The position numbers were made by a program, and so were the translations under genes. A stretch of 64,000 nucleotides of DNA from an uncultured Chloroflexia bacterium (GTDB lineage: Bacteria > Chloroflexota > Dehalococcoidia > GIF9 > AB-539-J10). Under the pieces are notes generated by a model, which saw nothing but the letters and a program-made list of their open reading frames with translations, was not told the origin of the DNA and did no database searches. The stretch spans positions 17,445 to 81,444 of the forward strand of contig CAVSBM010000005.1 of NCBI GenBank assembly GCA_963726175.1, read 5' to 3'. Below, one piece after another: positions 1 to 10,623 of this stretch; the stretch's first letter is position 1, and each line of letters begins with the position of its first letter.

Positions 1-1
1 A

Positions 2-1300
2 CTGGAGGAACATGAGATAACCGATGACTCGGCTCGTATGTATCTTCAGGAAATTGGCAGAGTGCCGCTTCTAAAGGTCAGTGAAGAGAAGTTACTATGT
101 CGGAAGATAGAGCTGGGCAGGAACTTAGATGAAATGGAAGAAAACCATTTCAGGAAGTACAAGAAGTTCCCTTCACCTGCTGAGATAGTTGTTCAGTTGA
201 TTTCTCAATTATTCAAGTCGTACCCCGTTGTTCGGATTGTCGAAGAGCATATAGGTATCGCCCACTCCAAAAATGTGGTGGATACGATCAAGAATCCTAA
301 GTTTCGCTCCGCCATTGATGATGTTATAGACACATCGTTAATAGCGGCGACTGCTAAGGCGCTGGGCAAAGGAACCACTGCGGCGGAAGATGTCATAGTA
401 GGTCTTTCCGTAAACAGCCAACTTCTGCCTCCACAGTTGTTAGCGCTCCTAGCTAAAGATAAAACTTCATGGCAAAAGCTCAAGACTCTCCTGACCAACG
501 AAAAGTTCCTGTCTCGGATCGAGTCTCATAGTAATGAATTCAAAGCGTACTTCAGGCAGGTACAGATCGAAGCAAAAGCATCAGAAAGACACCTCACAGA
601 AGCAAATCTACGCTTGGTGGTGAGCATAGCCAAGAAGTATATTGGGCATGGCATGCCTCTGCTTGAGCTCATCCAGGAAGGGAATATTGGCCTTATCCGG
701 GCCGTAGATAAGTTTCAGTATAGAAAAGGTTACAAGTTCAGTACCTATGCTACCTGGTGGATCAGACAAGGTATCACTCGCTCCATAGCTGACCAATCCC
801 GTGCTATTCGCATTCCGGTACATATGGTAGAAACAATTAATAAGCTGTTACGAATGATGCGGCAGTTAGTTCAAGAACTCGGGCGGGAGCCAAGTTACGA
901 GGAAATTGGCGGTCGCCTAGGTATGTCGCCAGAAAGAGTAGAAGAAGTCATGGCTTTGTTTTTCCGTGAGCCGATATCACTAGATATGCCAATCGGCGAA
1001 GATGAAGACAGCCGGTTAGGCGATCTCGTTGAGGATCATGCGAGCTTGGCGCCGACCGAGGCGACCTCACAGCAGCTACTCAAGGAACAGATAGACAAAG
1101 TGCTTGGTGAGCTGACCGACCGCGAAAAAAGGGTGTTGCAGCTTAGATTTGGTCTCAAAGACGGACATGCTCGAACTCTGGAAGAGGTGGGTAAGGAATT
1201 CAATGTGACTCGGGAAAGAATACGACAGATTGAAGGCAAGGCTCTGCGTAAGTTGCGCCATCCCACCCGCAGTCGAAAGCTCAAGGGCTATCTAGACTAA
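2..1300 (+). CDS. rpoD: RNA polymerase primary sigma factor (sigma-70, RpoD); 5' end lies outside the window
   Basis: Frame is open from base 2 ([24 protein letters not shown] = region 1.2). Region 2: [33 protein letters not shown]. Region 4.2: [29 protein letters not shown]. Confidence 0.95.
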   Translation: MEEHEITDDSARMYLQEIGRVPLLKVSEEKLLCRKIELGRNLDEMEENHFRKYKKFPSPAEIVVQLISQLFKSYPVVRIVEEHIGIAHSKNVVDTIKNPKFRSAIDDVIDTSLIAATAKALGKGTTAAEDVIVGLSVNSQLLPPQLLALLAKDKTSWQKLKTLLTNEKFLSRIESHSNEFKAYFRQVQIEAKASERHLTEANLRLVVSIAKKYIGHGMPLLELIQEGNIGLIRAVDKFQYRKGYKFSTYATWWIRQGITRSIADQSRAIRIPVHMVETINKLLRMMRQLVQELGREPSYEEIGGRLGMSPERVEEVMALFFREPISLDMPIGEDEDSRLGDLVEDHASLAPTEATSQQLLKEQIDKVLGELTDREKRVLQLRFGLKDGHARTLEEVGKEFNVTRERIRQIEGKALRKLRHPTRSRKLKGYLD

Positions 1301-1338
1301 AACCACCCACGAGTATGTTGCGATTTTCGTGGGAACCC
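1301..1338. repeat. Palindromic REP-like element / bidirectional terminator between convergent rpoD and ffh (copy 1 of 2)
   Basis: AACCACCCACGA-N14-TCGTGGGAACCC, with stem CCCACGA (1306-1312) / TCGTGGG (1327-1333). Flanks and arms match the inverted copy at 36236-36273. Confidence 0.6.
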
Positions 1339-1382
1339 GGTGGATCGAGAATCAAAGCGAATAGGGCTGGTCTAGATTGGTT

Positions 1383-2723
1383 TCACTTCAAGGGAATGTT
1401 AAATATGTTGCCCATCGTTGTAGGCAACTTGCCTCGTGATAGTGACTTAGTCAACTTTTGCATTTGACGAAACTGGTTAAGAAGTTGGTTAACATCCTTG
1501 GATGTGGTGCCGCTTCCTCGAGCAATCCGGCTTCGCCGCTTACCATCAATAATAGCTGGACTGCGCCGCTCTTCATAGGTCATAGACAGAATAATGGCCT
1601 CTATCTTCTTTAGCTGTTTCTCACCTTCGTCATCTGGCAAATTAGAAGCGAATTTGGAGAAGCCAGGTATCATTTCCACCAGTCGTCCTAGGGGACCCAT
1701 CTTGTGAATTTGGCGCATTTGACTGAGAAGATCCTCAAGGTTGAAATCGCCGGTGCGCATTTTCCCTTCCAGATTCTTGACCTGTTGCTGGTCGAAAGTC
1801 GTCTGAGCTTGCTCGATGAGGGTGAGCATATCTCCCATGCCCAAAATACGAGATGCCAAACGATCGGGATGAAATACTTCCAGCGCATCCATCTTCTCAC
1901 CCGTGCCCAGGTATTTTATGGGCACTCCGCTGACGAATCTAATGGAGAGAGCAGCTCCACCTCGGGCGTCTCCGTCCATCTTTGTCAATATGAGTCCCGT
2001 GAGCCCGATGCGACCGTCGAATTCTTGAGCCACCCTCACGGCATCCTGCCCAATCATAGCATCTACCGTGAGTAATACTTCTGAAGGCTGCACCAGAGAT
2101 TTGATATCAGCCAATTCCTGCATCATAGTTTCGTCAATATGGAGGCGCCCCTGGGTATCTATTATGACCCAAGCTACTCCCATCTCCTTAGCCTGCTTCA
2201 GGGCATGCTGGCAAATTGCGGTTGATGCCACGGTAGCATCCTCACTGTATACCGGGATGTCGTGTTGCTTACCCAGCAATTTCAGTTGTTCAATGGCAGC
2301 AGGTCGGCGAGTATCAGCAGCTACTAACAAAGGACGTTGCCCCAGATGTTTGAGGTGAACAGCTAGCTTCACCGCCGTAGTGGTCTTGCCTGAGCCTTGC
2401 AATCCTACGAGCAAAGCGACCGCTGGCAGGTCAGTAACCGAAGCTAGACGGCCAGGCTCTCCGCCCAGGATGGCGATTAGTTCTTCATTAACGATTTTAA
2501 TAATCTGCTGGGCTGGTGTTAGGCTGTGCAATACTTCAGAGGCAAGAGCGCGCTCTCGCACCTTGAGTAGAAATTCCTTGACTACCTTGAAATTTACGTC
2601 CGCTTCCAGGAGCGCCAGCCTTACCTGACGTAAAGCATCGTCAATGTCCCCTTCGCTAAGCTTGCCTTTCCTGCCAAGCTTATCAAATACAGCGGTCAAC
2701 TTCTGGGTCAAGACCTCAAGCAT
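1383..2723 (-). CDS. ffh: Signal recognition particle protein Ffh
   Basis: 446 aa. SRP54 N domain, G domain (GLQGSGKTTT, DTRRPAA, DTQGRLH, LTKMDGDARGG) and a Met-rich M domain (MRQIHKMGPLGRLVEMIPG). Confidence 0.95.
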   Translation of the reverse strand: MLEVLTQKLTAVFDKLGRKGKLSEGDIDDALRQVRLALLEADVNFKVVKEFLLKVRERALASEVLHSLTPAQQIIKIVNEELIAILGGEPGRLASVTDLPAVALLVGLQGSGKTTTAVKLAVHLKHLGQRPLLVAADTRRPAAIEQLKLLGKQHDIPVYSEDATVASTAICQHALKQAKEMGVAWVIIDTQGRLHIDETMMQELADIKSLVQPSEVLLTVDAMIGQDAVRVAQEFDGRIGLTGLILTKMDGDARGGAALSIRFVSGVPIKYLGTGEKMDALEVFHPDRLASRILGMGDMLTLIEQAQTTFDQQQVKNLEGKMRTGDFNLEDLLSQMRQIHKMGPLGRLVEMIPGFSKFASNLPDDEGEKQLKKIEAIILSMTYEERRSPAIIDGKRRSRIARGSGTTSKDVNQLLNQFRQMQKLTKSLSRGKLPTTMGNIFNIPLK

Positions 2724-2851
2724 ATTACCCCCGAGGTATTCTATTCTCGTTTAGATCGCCCAGTCAACTCGCTCTGGCACGTCCAGAATTCCTATCTCAA
2801 ATTACGAATCCTATTGCACTCAACTGGGAATCAGCATACCATATAGGTTTG

Positions 2852-3325
2852 ATGGAATATCTTTGGGCACCCTGGCGGATAGAGTATATACAAACGGCCG
2901 CAGAAAGCGGCTGTATCTTATGCCAGAAACCCACGGAGAATAACGACGAGGCAAATTTTATTCTTTATCGTGGTCAACACAATTTCATGATCATGAACGC
3001 CTTCCCCTATAATCCCGGGCATCTAATGGTCGCGCCCTATCGGCACGTAGCAAATTTGCAGGATTTAAGGAACGAAGAAGCAATGGAACTTTTCGACATT
3101 ATCAAGAAAGGCCTGGGGCTTCTAAAAGACGTAATGAAGCCAACCGGTTTCAATATTGGCTTGAATGTCGGCAAGGTGGCTGGAGCCGGTATAGCGGAGC
3201 ACCTCCACACTCACATTGTCCCCAGGTGGCAGGGCGACACCAACTTCATGCCGGTGTTGTCTGATACTAAAGTCATCTCGGAAGCTGTGAGTGACACGTA
3301 TAAAAAGCTAAGGGCAAAGTTATAA
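2852..3325 (+). CDS. HIT (histidine triad) family nucleotide hydrolase/transferase
   Basis: Histidine triad HLHTHIVPRW near the C terminus. ATG at 2852; the ORF track starts at an in-frame TTG at 2849. Confidence 0.85.
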   Translation: MEYLWAPWRIEYIQTAAESGCILCQKPTENNDEANFILYRGQHNFMIMNAFPYNPGHLMVAPYRHVANLQDLRNEEAMELFDIIKKGLGLLKDVMKPTGFNIGLNVGKVAGAGIAEHLHTHIVPRWQGDTNFMPVLSDTKVISEAVSDTYKKLRAKL

Positions 3326-3425
3326 CGTAGCTGCCAGACTCTATTGAGAACGTTCAACGCCTCTCCTTATGGCCAAGACAAGACTGCCCGATACACAGTA
3401 GTTCAGGAATACAAAGACATTCATC

Positions 3426-4565
3426 ATGTATTTCATTATTCTCCTGGGGATTGTCAGCCTATTCGGGGATGTAACCTATGAAGGGGCTAGGAGTGTTGCT
3501 GGCCCTTACCTGGCTACGCTGGGGGCGAGTCCTGGTGTCGTCAGTTTAGTAGCTGGCATTGGCGAATTCGCGGGTTATGCTCTGCGCTTGGCCTCTGGTT
3601 ATCTTGCCGATCGCACTAAGGTATATTGGCCTTTGACTTTTATCGGTTATGGACTGCTCCTGTCCATTCCCTTGCTGGCATTTGCCGGTTATTGGCAGCT
3701 TGCTGCCGTGCTTATTATTTTGGAACGAATTGGGAAGGCAATAAGAAGTCCAGCAAGAGATACCATGCTTTCTTATGCCGCAAAAGAGGTGGGGAGGGGC
3801 TGGGGGTTTGCTGTTCACGAGGCATTGGACCAGGTCGGCGCTGTCATTGGTCCTATTGTCTTTTCCCTTGTTTTGCTTTTCCATGGTGACTATCATGAAG
3901 GTTTTACCCTGTTATGGATACCCGCCTTGCTAACCCTGGTTGTTCTAGCCATAGCCAGGAAGAAAGTCCCTTCACCACAGAAACTTGAAGCACCCGGTGA
4001 AGCGAACAGACAAGGCGAGAAAGGTAAGCTGCCGAGAGTTTTCTGGTTCTACACTGTATTTACTTTGCTTTCCGTGGCCGGATTTGCCAATTTCCAGTTA
4101 ATTTCCTCCCATCTCCATGTCCAAGGTATCGTCCCGGATGCTCAGATTCCCATAATCTACGCCATTGCTATGGGTGTGGATGCCTTGGCAGCTCTCATCG
4201 TGGGCAGAACGTACGATAGAATTGGGCTTACATCTTTATTGGCCATTCCTTTGTTGACCTTGCCCATTCCCTTTCTGGCCTTTTCCCACAGCTACAGCCT
4301 GGTGCTAATTGGCATGGTATTATGGGGTGTGGTAATGGGGGTTCAGGAAACGATTATGCGTGCTGCCATTGCCGACCTGACGCCTATAGAGAGAAGGGGA
4401 TTTGCCTACGGGGTCTTCAATACAGCGTTAGGAGCTGGTTGGTTTCTGGGAGGCGCCGTGATGGGGCTACTCTATGGGCTTTCTATCAACTACTTAATCC
4501 TGTTTGCCGTGGTCATGGAGCTAAGCTCAATTCCGGTGCTTTTCCTGGTCAGAAGAGCAGCTTAG
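3426..4565 (+). CDS. MFS-type transporter
   Basis: 379 aa, polytopic and hydrophobic throughout, with two halves separated by a charged loop (ARKKVPSPQKLEAPGEANRQGEKGK), as in MFS permeases. Confidence 0.7.
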   Translation: MYFIILLGIVSLFGDVTYEGARSVAGPYLATLGASPGVVSLVAGIGEFAGYALRLASGYLADRTKVYWPLTFIGYGLLLSIPLLAFAGYWQLAAVLIILERIGKAIRSPARDTMLSYAAKEVGRGWGFAVHEALDQVGAVIGPIVFSLVLLFHGDYHEGFTLLWIPALLTLVVLAIARKKVPSPQKLEAPGEANRQGEKGKLPRVFWFYTVFTLLSVAGFANFQLISSHLHVQGIVPDAQIPIIYAIAMGVDALAALIVGRTYDRIGLTSLLAIPLLTLPIPFLAFSHSYSLVLIGMVLWGVVMGVQETIMRAAIADLTPIERRGFAYGVFNTALGAGWFLGGAVMGLLYGLSINYLILFAVVMELSSIPVLFLVRRAA

Positions 4566-4645
4566 CCTCTTACCAGAGTGAACGCTGGGAAGGAATCCCA
4601 GAGTCTGAACAGGATTGAGAAGCGGGATTATTGACGGCTTAGCTC

Positions 4646-5461
4646 TCAGGTAGCTTGAGGATAGGAGCCGAGTATCTTGATGAAAGTAGTCTCTCTTTGC
4701 AGTTCTCTCATAGCTTCCTGGTAGACTCCGCCACCCAAGTGTCCCTCAAAGTCAGCATAGAAAACGTATTCCCAGGGCTTAGTTCGGCTTGGTCTGGACT
4801 CCAGTTTTGTTAAGTTTATGTTCCTCGTGGCGAAAATACCCAGAATCCTATATAGAGAGCCAGGCTTATGTTCAGCGGCAAAAACGAGAGATGTCTTGTT
4901 TCTCTGCGCAGGTTTAGCTTCTTGCTTGGAGATAGCCACGAATTTGGTGTAGTTAGTGGCACTGGTCTCAATTTCCAGCGCCAGAACTTCCAGACCATAC
5001 ATATCGGCGGCTCTTTTACTGGCAATGGCCGCGCAATTTCTCAAGTTTTTCTCTTTTATCATTTTGGCACTCCCGGCGGTGTCATAGCTAGGCATGATTT
5101 CAACCTTCAACTTGCTTAAGAATTCCTCACACTGAGCTAAAGCTTGGGGATGGGAGTAAATCGTTGCTATATCCGCCAACTTTTCCCCTGGCAAAGCCAT
5201 CAGGCAATGACTTACTTTGAGAATAACTTCAGCAAATATATTAAGAGGGTAGGCCAATAACAAATCGTAGGTCTCGTTAATACTGCCGGCTTGAGAGTTC
5301 TCCACAGGGACTACCCCAAATTCAACCTTATCCTGTGTCACAAGTTCAAAAACCTCTTTCAGCCGAATACATGGCACAAAGTCAATGCTCTTGCCAAAAA
5401 GCTTTGCGGCAGCATCCTCGCTGAAAGCGCCTCTCTCTCCTTGGAAAGCAACCTTGGCCAT
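4646..5461 (-). CDS. pheA: Prephenate dehydratase
   Basis: 271 aa. PDT domain (VAFQGERGAFSEDAA, VPVENSQAGSI) plus a C-terminal ACT domain with the TKLESRPS motif. Confidence 0.9.
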   Translation of the reverse strand: MAKVAFQGERGAFSEDAAAKLFGKSIDFVPCIRLKEVFELVTQDKVEFGVVPVENSQAGSINETYDLLLAYPLNIFAEVILKVSHCLMALPGEKLADIATIYSHPQALAQCEEFLSKLKVEIMPSYDTAGSAKMIKEKNLRNCAAIASKRAADMYGLEVLALEIETSATNYTKFVAISKQEAKPAQRNKTSLVFAAEHKPGSLYRILGIFATRNINLTKLESRPSRTKPWEYVFYADFEGHLGGGVYQEAMRELQRETTFIKILGSYPQAT

Positions 5462-5592
5462 AGTCCTATTGCAGAGTATAGCCTAAACCTCCTTCGAGCT
5501 GCCACTGCGGCTTGATTAGCCTTTCCAGAAGCGGGGAGAAAATATCATGAAAACTGTAAACAATTCTAACCTTCCTAACCACATACACATAA

Positions 5593-6950
5593 TCAAGATG
5601 ACCTTGGCTGCGCCAGGGAGCCAGGCAAATTTGAAGCAGGCCCTACTGCGCCTAAGCCAGGACCACAGTTTGCTTGACAAGTCGCTACTGCCGAAATTGC
5701 TGTTTCTAGATCAAGTCCTAAGAAACTGAGCATTATAGAAGCTACAACAGCAACAAGAATATAGAGAAAGAAGAAAGAGATCACGTCTCGGATTACTCCC
5801 TCTGAAAGAGGCTTTCGGTTATATTTCAGCGGAATTACAGCTTTGGGGGAAATAGCCTTTCTCATCATCACACGGCTATATTTCAACAGGGTTAAAGTCC
5901 GTACCACTTTTATCCCCCCACCAGTCGAGCCACCACAGGCTCCGATGAACATCAAAGCCAGAAGCACCATCCTGGCGCCAAAGCCCCAGGAGGCGAAATC
6001 AGCGGTGGAAAAGCCCGTGCAGGTCATGATAGAGATCGCCTGAAAGAGTCCCCGCTCTGATATGAGCTCAAGCCTTGAGAAAAGCATTAATAACAAAATG
6101 TGCTCCCGCCATAATGATGACGTAAAGCCTGAATTCTTCGTCTTTAAGTACTTTCAAGTTTCCTCTCAGAACTTGATAATGGATTAGGAAGTTTGTGCCT
6201 CCGAGGAACATGAAAGCCATGATGATATATTGAGCCAAGGGGTAAGCAGTAGCGTAGGCTGCGATGCTTGCCGTAGTAGGTGTAAATCCGCCTGTAGAGA
6301 GAGTACAGAAGGAGATGCAAATTGAATCAAAAAGCTTGAGCTTCGCTAGGAAATAGAGGAGCGCTATCTGAGCGGCAGTAAAACCCACATAAATCCCCCA
6401 AAGAAGCCTTGCTGTGGTTCTAAACCTGGGACGCAGCTTTTCAGGCATGGGACCAGTGGCCTCGAAGTTCAAACAGCTGAGAGCCTCCCACCCCTAGCCT
6501 GGGTAAGATAGCAATAAATAGTGCTATTACCCCCATCCCACCCAGCCATTGCGTAAGGCTACGCCATAGGAGAGCGCTCCTGGGTAGTTCTTCTACCACT
6601 TTTAGTATGGTAGCCCCGGTGGTAGTGAAGCCAGACATAGACTCAAAAAAGGCATCGAGAAAACCCAACCCCAGAAATACATAAGGGAGTGTGCCGAAGA
6701 GAGCAATAAGAAGCCAGGTGAAAGCTACGATGGTAAAACCGTCGGCACGCTCTATTTCCTTTGTGGTTTTGAGTCCAAACTCAAGAATTAGTCCGATACC
6801 GAGAGTGAGCAGTAGCGCATACAAGTAAATGTGCCACTTCTCCTCGCCATAGTAAAGAGCTGTACATAAAGGAAAAATGTAGGCTAAGGCAAAGTATTTT
6901 AGAAACGAGCCAATAATGTGTAGGGTTAATCTTACCCTTTGGCGAACCAT
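5593..6950 (-). pseudogene. trkH: Potassium uptake protein TrkH, split into three frames by two frameshifts
   Basis: Three consecutive overlapping ORFs (6441-6950, 6068-6472, 5593-6096) total about 470 aa and read as one TrkH/KtrB-type protein ([36 protein letters not shown] pore-loop motifs). Frame switches lie within 6441-6472 and 6068-6096. Confidence 0.85.
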
Positions 6951-7588
6951 CTATTCATGAATTCGGTCCCCCGCTTGGCGACTTCCCGATTCACTATGAG
7001 AGTCAGCCAATCATTAGGCCTTATCTCTTTGTCCTCATCCAGATATCTTTCCCCTCTTTGTACCACGAGGACCTTTACACCGAGCGGGGTTGCTAGCCCA
7101 GAAACACTCCGCCCGACACATTTCATGCCCTCTTCAATCTCTATTTCGAAGATATCTGCCTTTTCGAAAGAGAGAAAGTCCTTGACATAAGGTTGTGATA
7201 TCAGGCGATAGATGTGCTTGGCTGCTACCATGTCTGGGTTAACCTGCAAATTGATTCCAGCCTGCTTGAATGTCTCCACATGCTCGACTTCGTCTACAAG
7301 AGAAATCACCCTTTTCACCCCCATTTCCTTAGCCATCATACAAATCATTAAGTTCTCCGAGTCATCGCCAGCGGCAGCCACAAAGGCATAGGCGTTCCTG
7401 ACTCTGGCTTCTTCGAGGGTGGACTTTTGGCCAGCATCTCCTGTGATGGCTACAATTTCAGAATTCTCTGCTATTGCAGTGCACTTGGCAGGGTCGCGGT
7501 CTATGACCATTACTTCGTTCCCTTCCTTAACAAGGAGCTCTGCCAAATTCCTCCCTATATTACTTAAGCCGGCTATTACGATGTACAT
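6932..7588 (-). CDS. trkA: Potassium uptake protein TrkA (RCK/NAD-binding)
   Basis: 218 aa. Rossmann motif [16 protein letters not shown] plus a C-terminal RCK_C-like domain. Overlaps the trkH start by 19 nt. Confidence 0.9.
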   Translation of the reverse strand: MYIVIAGLSNIGRNLAELLVKEGNEVMVIDRDPAKCTAIAENSEIVAITGDAGQKSTLEEARVRNAYAFVAAAGDDSENLMICMMAKEMGVKRVISLVDEVEHVETFKQAGINLQVNPDMVAAKHIYRLISQPYVKDFLSFEKADIFEIEIEEGMKCVGRSVSGLATPLGVKVLVVQRGERYLDEDKEIRPNDWLTLIVNREVAKRGTEFMNRWFAKG

Positions 7589-7759
7589 TGCTTATCTTCG
7601 ATAGTGAATTGATTTTGCCATACTTTAGATGAATCAGAGAACTAACGCTGAAAGAAGGAGCTTCAGATCAAGGAGCAAATGAATTTGACGGTTGACTTAG
7701 AATACCAAGCACTCTCCATGAACATACCCTGCTATTCCACAGCTTTTAAGCATCGAGGG

Positions 7760-7789
7760 ATTCTACCCTCCCCCTAACACGCTTGTCAA
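7760..7789 (-). promoter_or_regulatory. Predicted sigma-70 promoter for trkA-trkH, giving a leader of about 165 nt
   Basis: On the minus strand: TTGACA (7784-7789), 18 nt, TAGAAT (7760-7765). Confidence 0.4.
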
Positions 7790-7798
7790 GTACTGAGT

Positions 7799-8617
7799 TC
7801 ACATGGAGGCAATTTCTTTTCTTAACTCTTTTAGCCAGTTCAATGATTTGAGCTCTCGCTGTAAAATATATCTTATATAGTCGCATAGTACTCGCTCTAG
7901 CTCTGCGGATAGTCCCGGTTTTACTTTGACCCGCCTTGCAGTAGCATAGTCACAGCTTTGCCACAAACGAAGAACCTTTAAAGCCTCGACCGAAAGAGGA
8001 AGAGAGGGCTTTGCTGAAATTGATTCAATCTGCTCGTAGCGGCGGTTTTCTTCAGAATTGCAGTGAGGGCACAACAGTCCACCCTTGCTGGGGCTGAAGA
8101 AATTGACTGTCGGCTTGAGAGGCGAATCACAGTCTACACACCGGCGCAACTGGGGACGGTAGCCAAGGCAGGTAAGAAGATGTAGCTCAAAATAACGCAA
8201 TGCAATCTCATTGCTATCCGGTTCGCTCAACTGATTTAAGATATCGAGCAATAAGTCAAACAAGGGACGGTTTTCACCGCCCTCGACAGTAAAGGAATCA
8301 ACAAGCTCTAAGATATAAAGACCACAAGCCATGCGCCATAAATCGCTTTTCAAAGCTAGGAAACCATCTATCGTTTGACTCTGGGTAACGATATCGAGAT
8401 TACGCCCTTTGGCTATCAGCATCAAGCTATGCGTCAACGGTTCTACGTTGCCACCCAATTTGCTCTTGGGACGACAGGCTCCCTTAGCTACTGCCCGTAA
8501 CTTGCCAAATTCTGGAGTGTAAATGGTGACAATCTTGTCGAATTCGCCCAGCTTAGTTTGTCTTAAGATGATCCCTTGTGTTTGATAACTTCGAGAAGTA
8601 GCCAACTTACGTCCCAA
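7799..8617 (-). CDS. recO: DNA repair protein RecO
   Basis: 272 aa. N-terminal OB fold (QGIILRQTKLGEFDKIVTIYT) and a C4 zinc motif (CVDCDSP...CPHC). Confidence 0.9.
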   Translation of the reverse strand: MGRKLATSRSYQTQGIILRQTKLGEFDKIVTIYTPEFGKLRAVAKGACRPKSKLGGNVEPLTHSLMLIAKGRNLDIVTQSQTIDGFLALKSDLWRMACGLYILELVDSFTVEGGENRPLFDLLLDILNQLSEPDSNEIALRYFELHLLTCLGYRPQLRRCVDCDSPLKPTVNFFSPSKGGLLCPHCNSEENRRYEQIESISAKPSLPLSVEALKVLRLWQSCDYATARRVKVKPGLSAELERVLCDYIRYILQRELKSLNWLKELRKEIASM

Positions 8618-8796
8618 ACTCTAAACACTGAATAGTAGGCGAATCTGAATATCTGACCTTAGAGTGCCAAACCCTAGTTCTGGGCACGTGGATTTTGGCG
8701 AGTCTGAATGCCGCCCCCTCCATTACTGTTACCGATCCTTTCGATATTATACGCCGACTAGCCAGACAACCGTAACCAAGTCCAGTTACCCCAATC

Positions 8797-10236
8797 TTAT
8801 CCAAGAGCTCTTTTGGACCTTCTCTCAGCATGATCCAATACTAAATTGATGGCATTGGCGGCGGCAGCAAAGGAGTAATACACAGGTAACCCGGACGAAA
8901 TACAACCGCGAATAGCAGCGAGAATAGCCTCAGCCTCGTTGGGGAGAATACTGGGTTCGAGCACCATGGCTACCGGCTTGGGGAGAAGGCCCTGCTTTAT
9001 GGAAAATCTGCTCATTAGTAAATTCAGGTGGTCTTCCGAAATCCGAGACGTTGTGAATTGCCCTGTCCTGACGAATGTGACTATGAAGTCAGTCCCTTCC
9101 CACTTTGATAGTATACCGAAGGTTTTGATCACACCCTCAAGGTTCGTCATAGCTTGTGAATAATCCACGGGATTTCGCAAAATATTGCCTGCGATGGGAG
9201 TAAACTCCCGTATCTGAGCAACGATTTCGGGGGGTAGTGGGGGGACTCTCAGCCCTCTTTTTTCAAACTCGTCGGCGATTAGGACGCTTGCTCCACCTCC
9301 AGCACCGAATAACACCACATTCCTGCCTCTGGGAAGGGGCAGGAACAGAAGTGTAACCAATACATCGATGAGCTCTTCTATGCTGCTGACACTGATGATT
9401 CCCAATTGCTTGCAGAGGGCATCCCAGGCGGCTCGGCTCCCTGCGAGTGCCGCAGTATGGCCGGCGGCTGCTCGAGCGCCTCCCTCGGTAGCCCCACCCT
9501 TAAGCAATATCACTGTCTTCTCCTTTGTTGCCTCTTCCATGGCTCTGCGGAACCGTTTCCCATCCCTAATTCCCTCGATGTAAAGGGCTATTATCCTGGT
9601 ATCTACATCGCTAGCAAGATATTCGAGCAAATCATTTTCATTGATATCACATGCGTTGCCATAGCTTATGACCTTGCTGAATCGAATGCCTCGCAACGCT
9701 GCCTGCCTGACCAAATAGATGGAATTGCCACCACTTTGACTGATGACCCCTACCGGGCCGCTTTCTTTGGGGAAAGCTGGACTGAAGGATAGGCGTGATT
9801 GCGGACAGTAAATGCCCATACAGTTAGGTCCGATAATCCTGATCCCTTTCTTGCGGGCGGTCTCCACCAGTTCAGATTCCAGCTTTACTCGCTCTTCCTC
9901 ACCTGTCTCACTAAAGCCCGCCGTACAGAAATGAATCGCTCGTACCCCCTTTTCGGCACATTCTTCCACAAGCTTGGGAGCAATCTGGGCATTAACCAGG
10001 CCGATTACGTAGTCAATGTTGCCGGGGACATCTTTGAGGCTGGCATAAACCTTGTGACCTTTGATCTCACCTCCCTTGGGATTAACGAGATAGAGTGGGC
10101 GGTCGAATCCAATTTCCAGAAGGCCCTCCAAGAAAGTGAGCGTCCAATGCCAGGTCTCGGCAGTTGTGATGCCCACAAGGGCGAGGGAATTAGGGTGGAA
10201 GAGAAAATCCAAGTCATGCTGACGCATATTCTTCAT
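8797..10236 (-). CDS. ADP-forming acyl-/acetyl-CoA synthetase, alpha-type (CoA-binding + CoA-ligase domains), paralogue 1
   Basis: 479 aa. Motifs: VALVGIT, GPNCMGIYCP, VGVISQSGG, and the phosphohistidine loop AGHTAALAG. No ATP-grasp beta domain is fused or adjacent. Confidence 0.85.
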   Translation of the reverse strand: MKNMRQHDLDFLFHPNSLALVGITTAETWHWTLTFLEGLLEIGFDRPLYLVNPKGGEIKGHKVYASLKDVPGNIDYVIGLVNAQIAPKLVEECAEKGVRAIHFCTAGFSETGEEERVKLESELVETARKKGIRIIGPNCMGIYCPQSRLSFSPAFPKESGPVGVISQSGGNSIYLVRQAALRGIRFSKVISYGNACDINENDLLEYLASDVDTRIIALYIEGIRDGKRFRRAMEEATKEKTVILLKGGATEGGARAAAGHTAALAGSRAAWDALCKQLGIISVSSIEELIDVLVTLLFLPLPRGRNVVLFGAGGGASVLIADEFEKRGLRVPPLPPEIVAQIREFTPIAGNILRNPVDYSQAMTNLEGVIKTFGILSKWEGTDFIVTFVRTGQFTTSRISEDHLNLLMSRFSIKQGLLPKPVAMVLEPSILPNEAEAILAAIRGCISSGLPVYYSFAAAANAINLVLDHAERRSKRALG

Positions 10237-10489
10237 ACTCCTTAATCAATAATACTTCGTTAGCTCAGGTGGATGGTGAGCCAAGTTCAGGGTAAAGAAG
10301 CTGCATGATTACAATGGCGTGTGACCGATAATTCCTACTATCAACTCTTTTGAGATTGCCACGCTACTTGATTGTGTGAGCAACAGAATGCAGGGCTAAC
10401 TCCGCCGAAGTATAGCAAAGAGTCTGCGGGTTGTAAATGCTACTCTGAGCCTGGAGATTTCCTCTGGGCGAGCTATTCGACAGGCTAAT

Positions 10490-10518
10490 TTGATAGGCTA
10501 ATGAAGATATGGTAAATT
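10490..10518 (+). promoter_or_regulatory. Predicted sigma-70 promoter of synthetase paralogue 2
   Basis: TTGATA (10490-10495), 17 nt, TAAATT (10513-10518). The conserved 14-mer TTTTGGGAAGACCG starts 8 nt downstream (10526-10539). Confidence 0.45.
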
Positions 10519-10623
10519 ATTTAGATTTTGGGAAGACCGAGTAATTGCATCATGCCTTTGCTACAACTTAGTGATAACCCAGTCTGAAGTCTCTCAATTC
10601 ACGTCGTAATTAGGAGGCTGGTA

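Noticed and set aside
3369-3425. Upstream in-frame extension of the MFS gene (MAKTRLPDTQ-TAG-FRNTKTFI-M...), i.e. a possible read-through or mutated stop at 3399-3401
   Set aside because: The ATG at 3426 gives a plausible protein on its own. One in-frame TAG is insufficient evidence for recoding or a point error.
7589-7759. c-di-AMP (ydaO-type) riboswitch in the ~165-nt leader of trkA-trkH
   Set aside because: The context is suggestive, but the leader lacks the conserved ACGGGG / CCCGA / GGGGA-ACCCA elements of that class.
8607-8831. 74-aa minus-strand ORF bridging recO and synthetase paralogue 1
   Set aside because: It overlaps both neighbouring genes, has no RBS and no recognisable motif.
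10355-10375. GAGATTGCCACGCTAC as a third, degenerate copy of the 26-nt repeat
   Set aside because: Only the first 8 nt and a CGCT core match, which is too weak to distinguish from chance.
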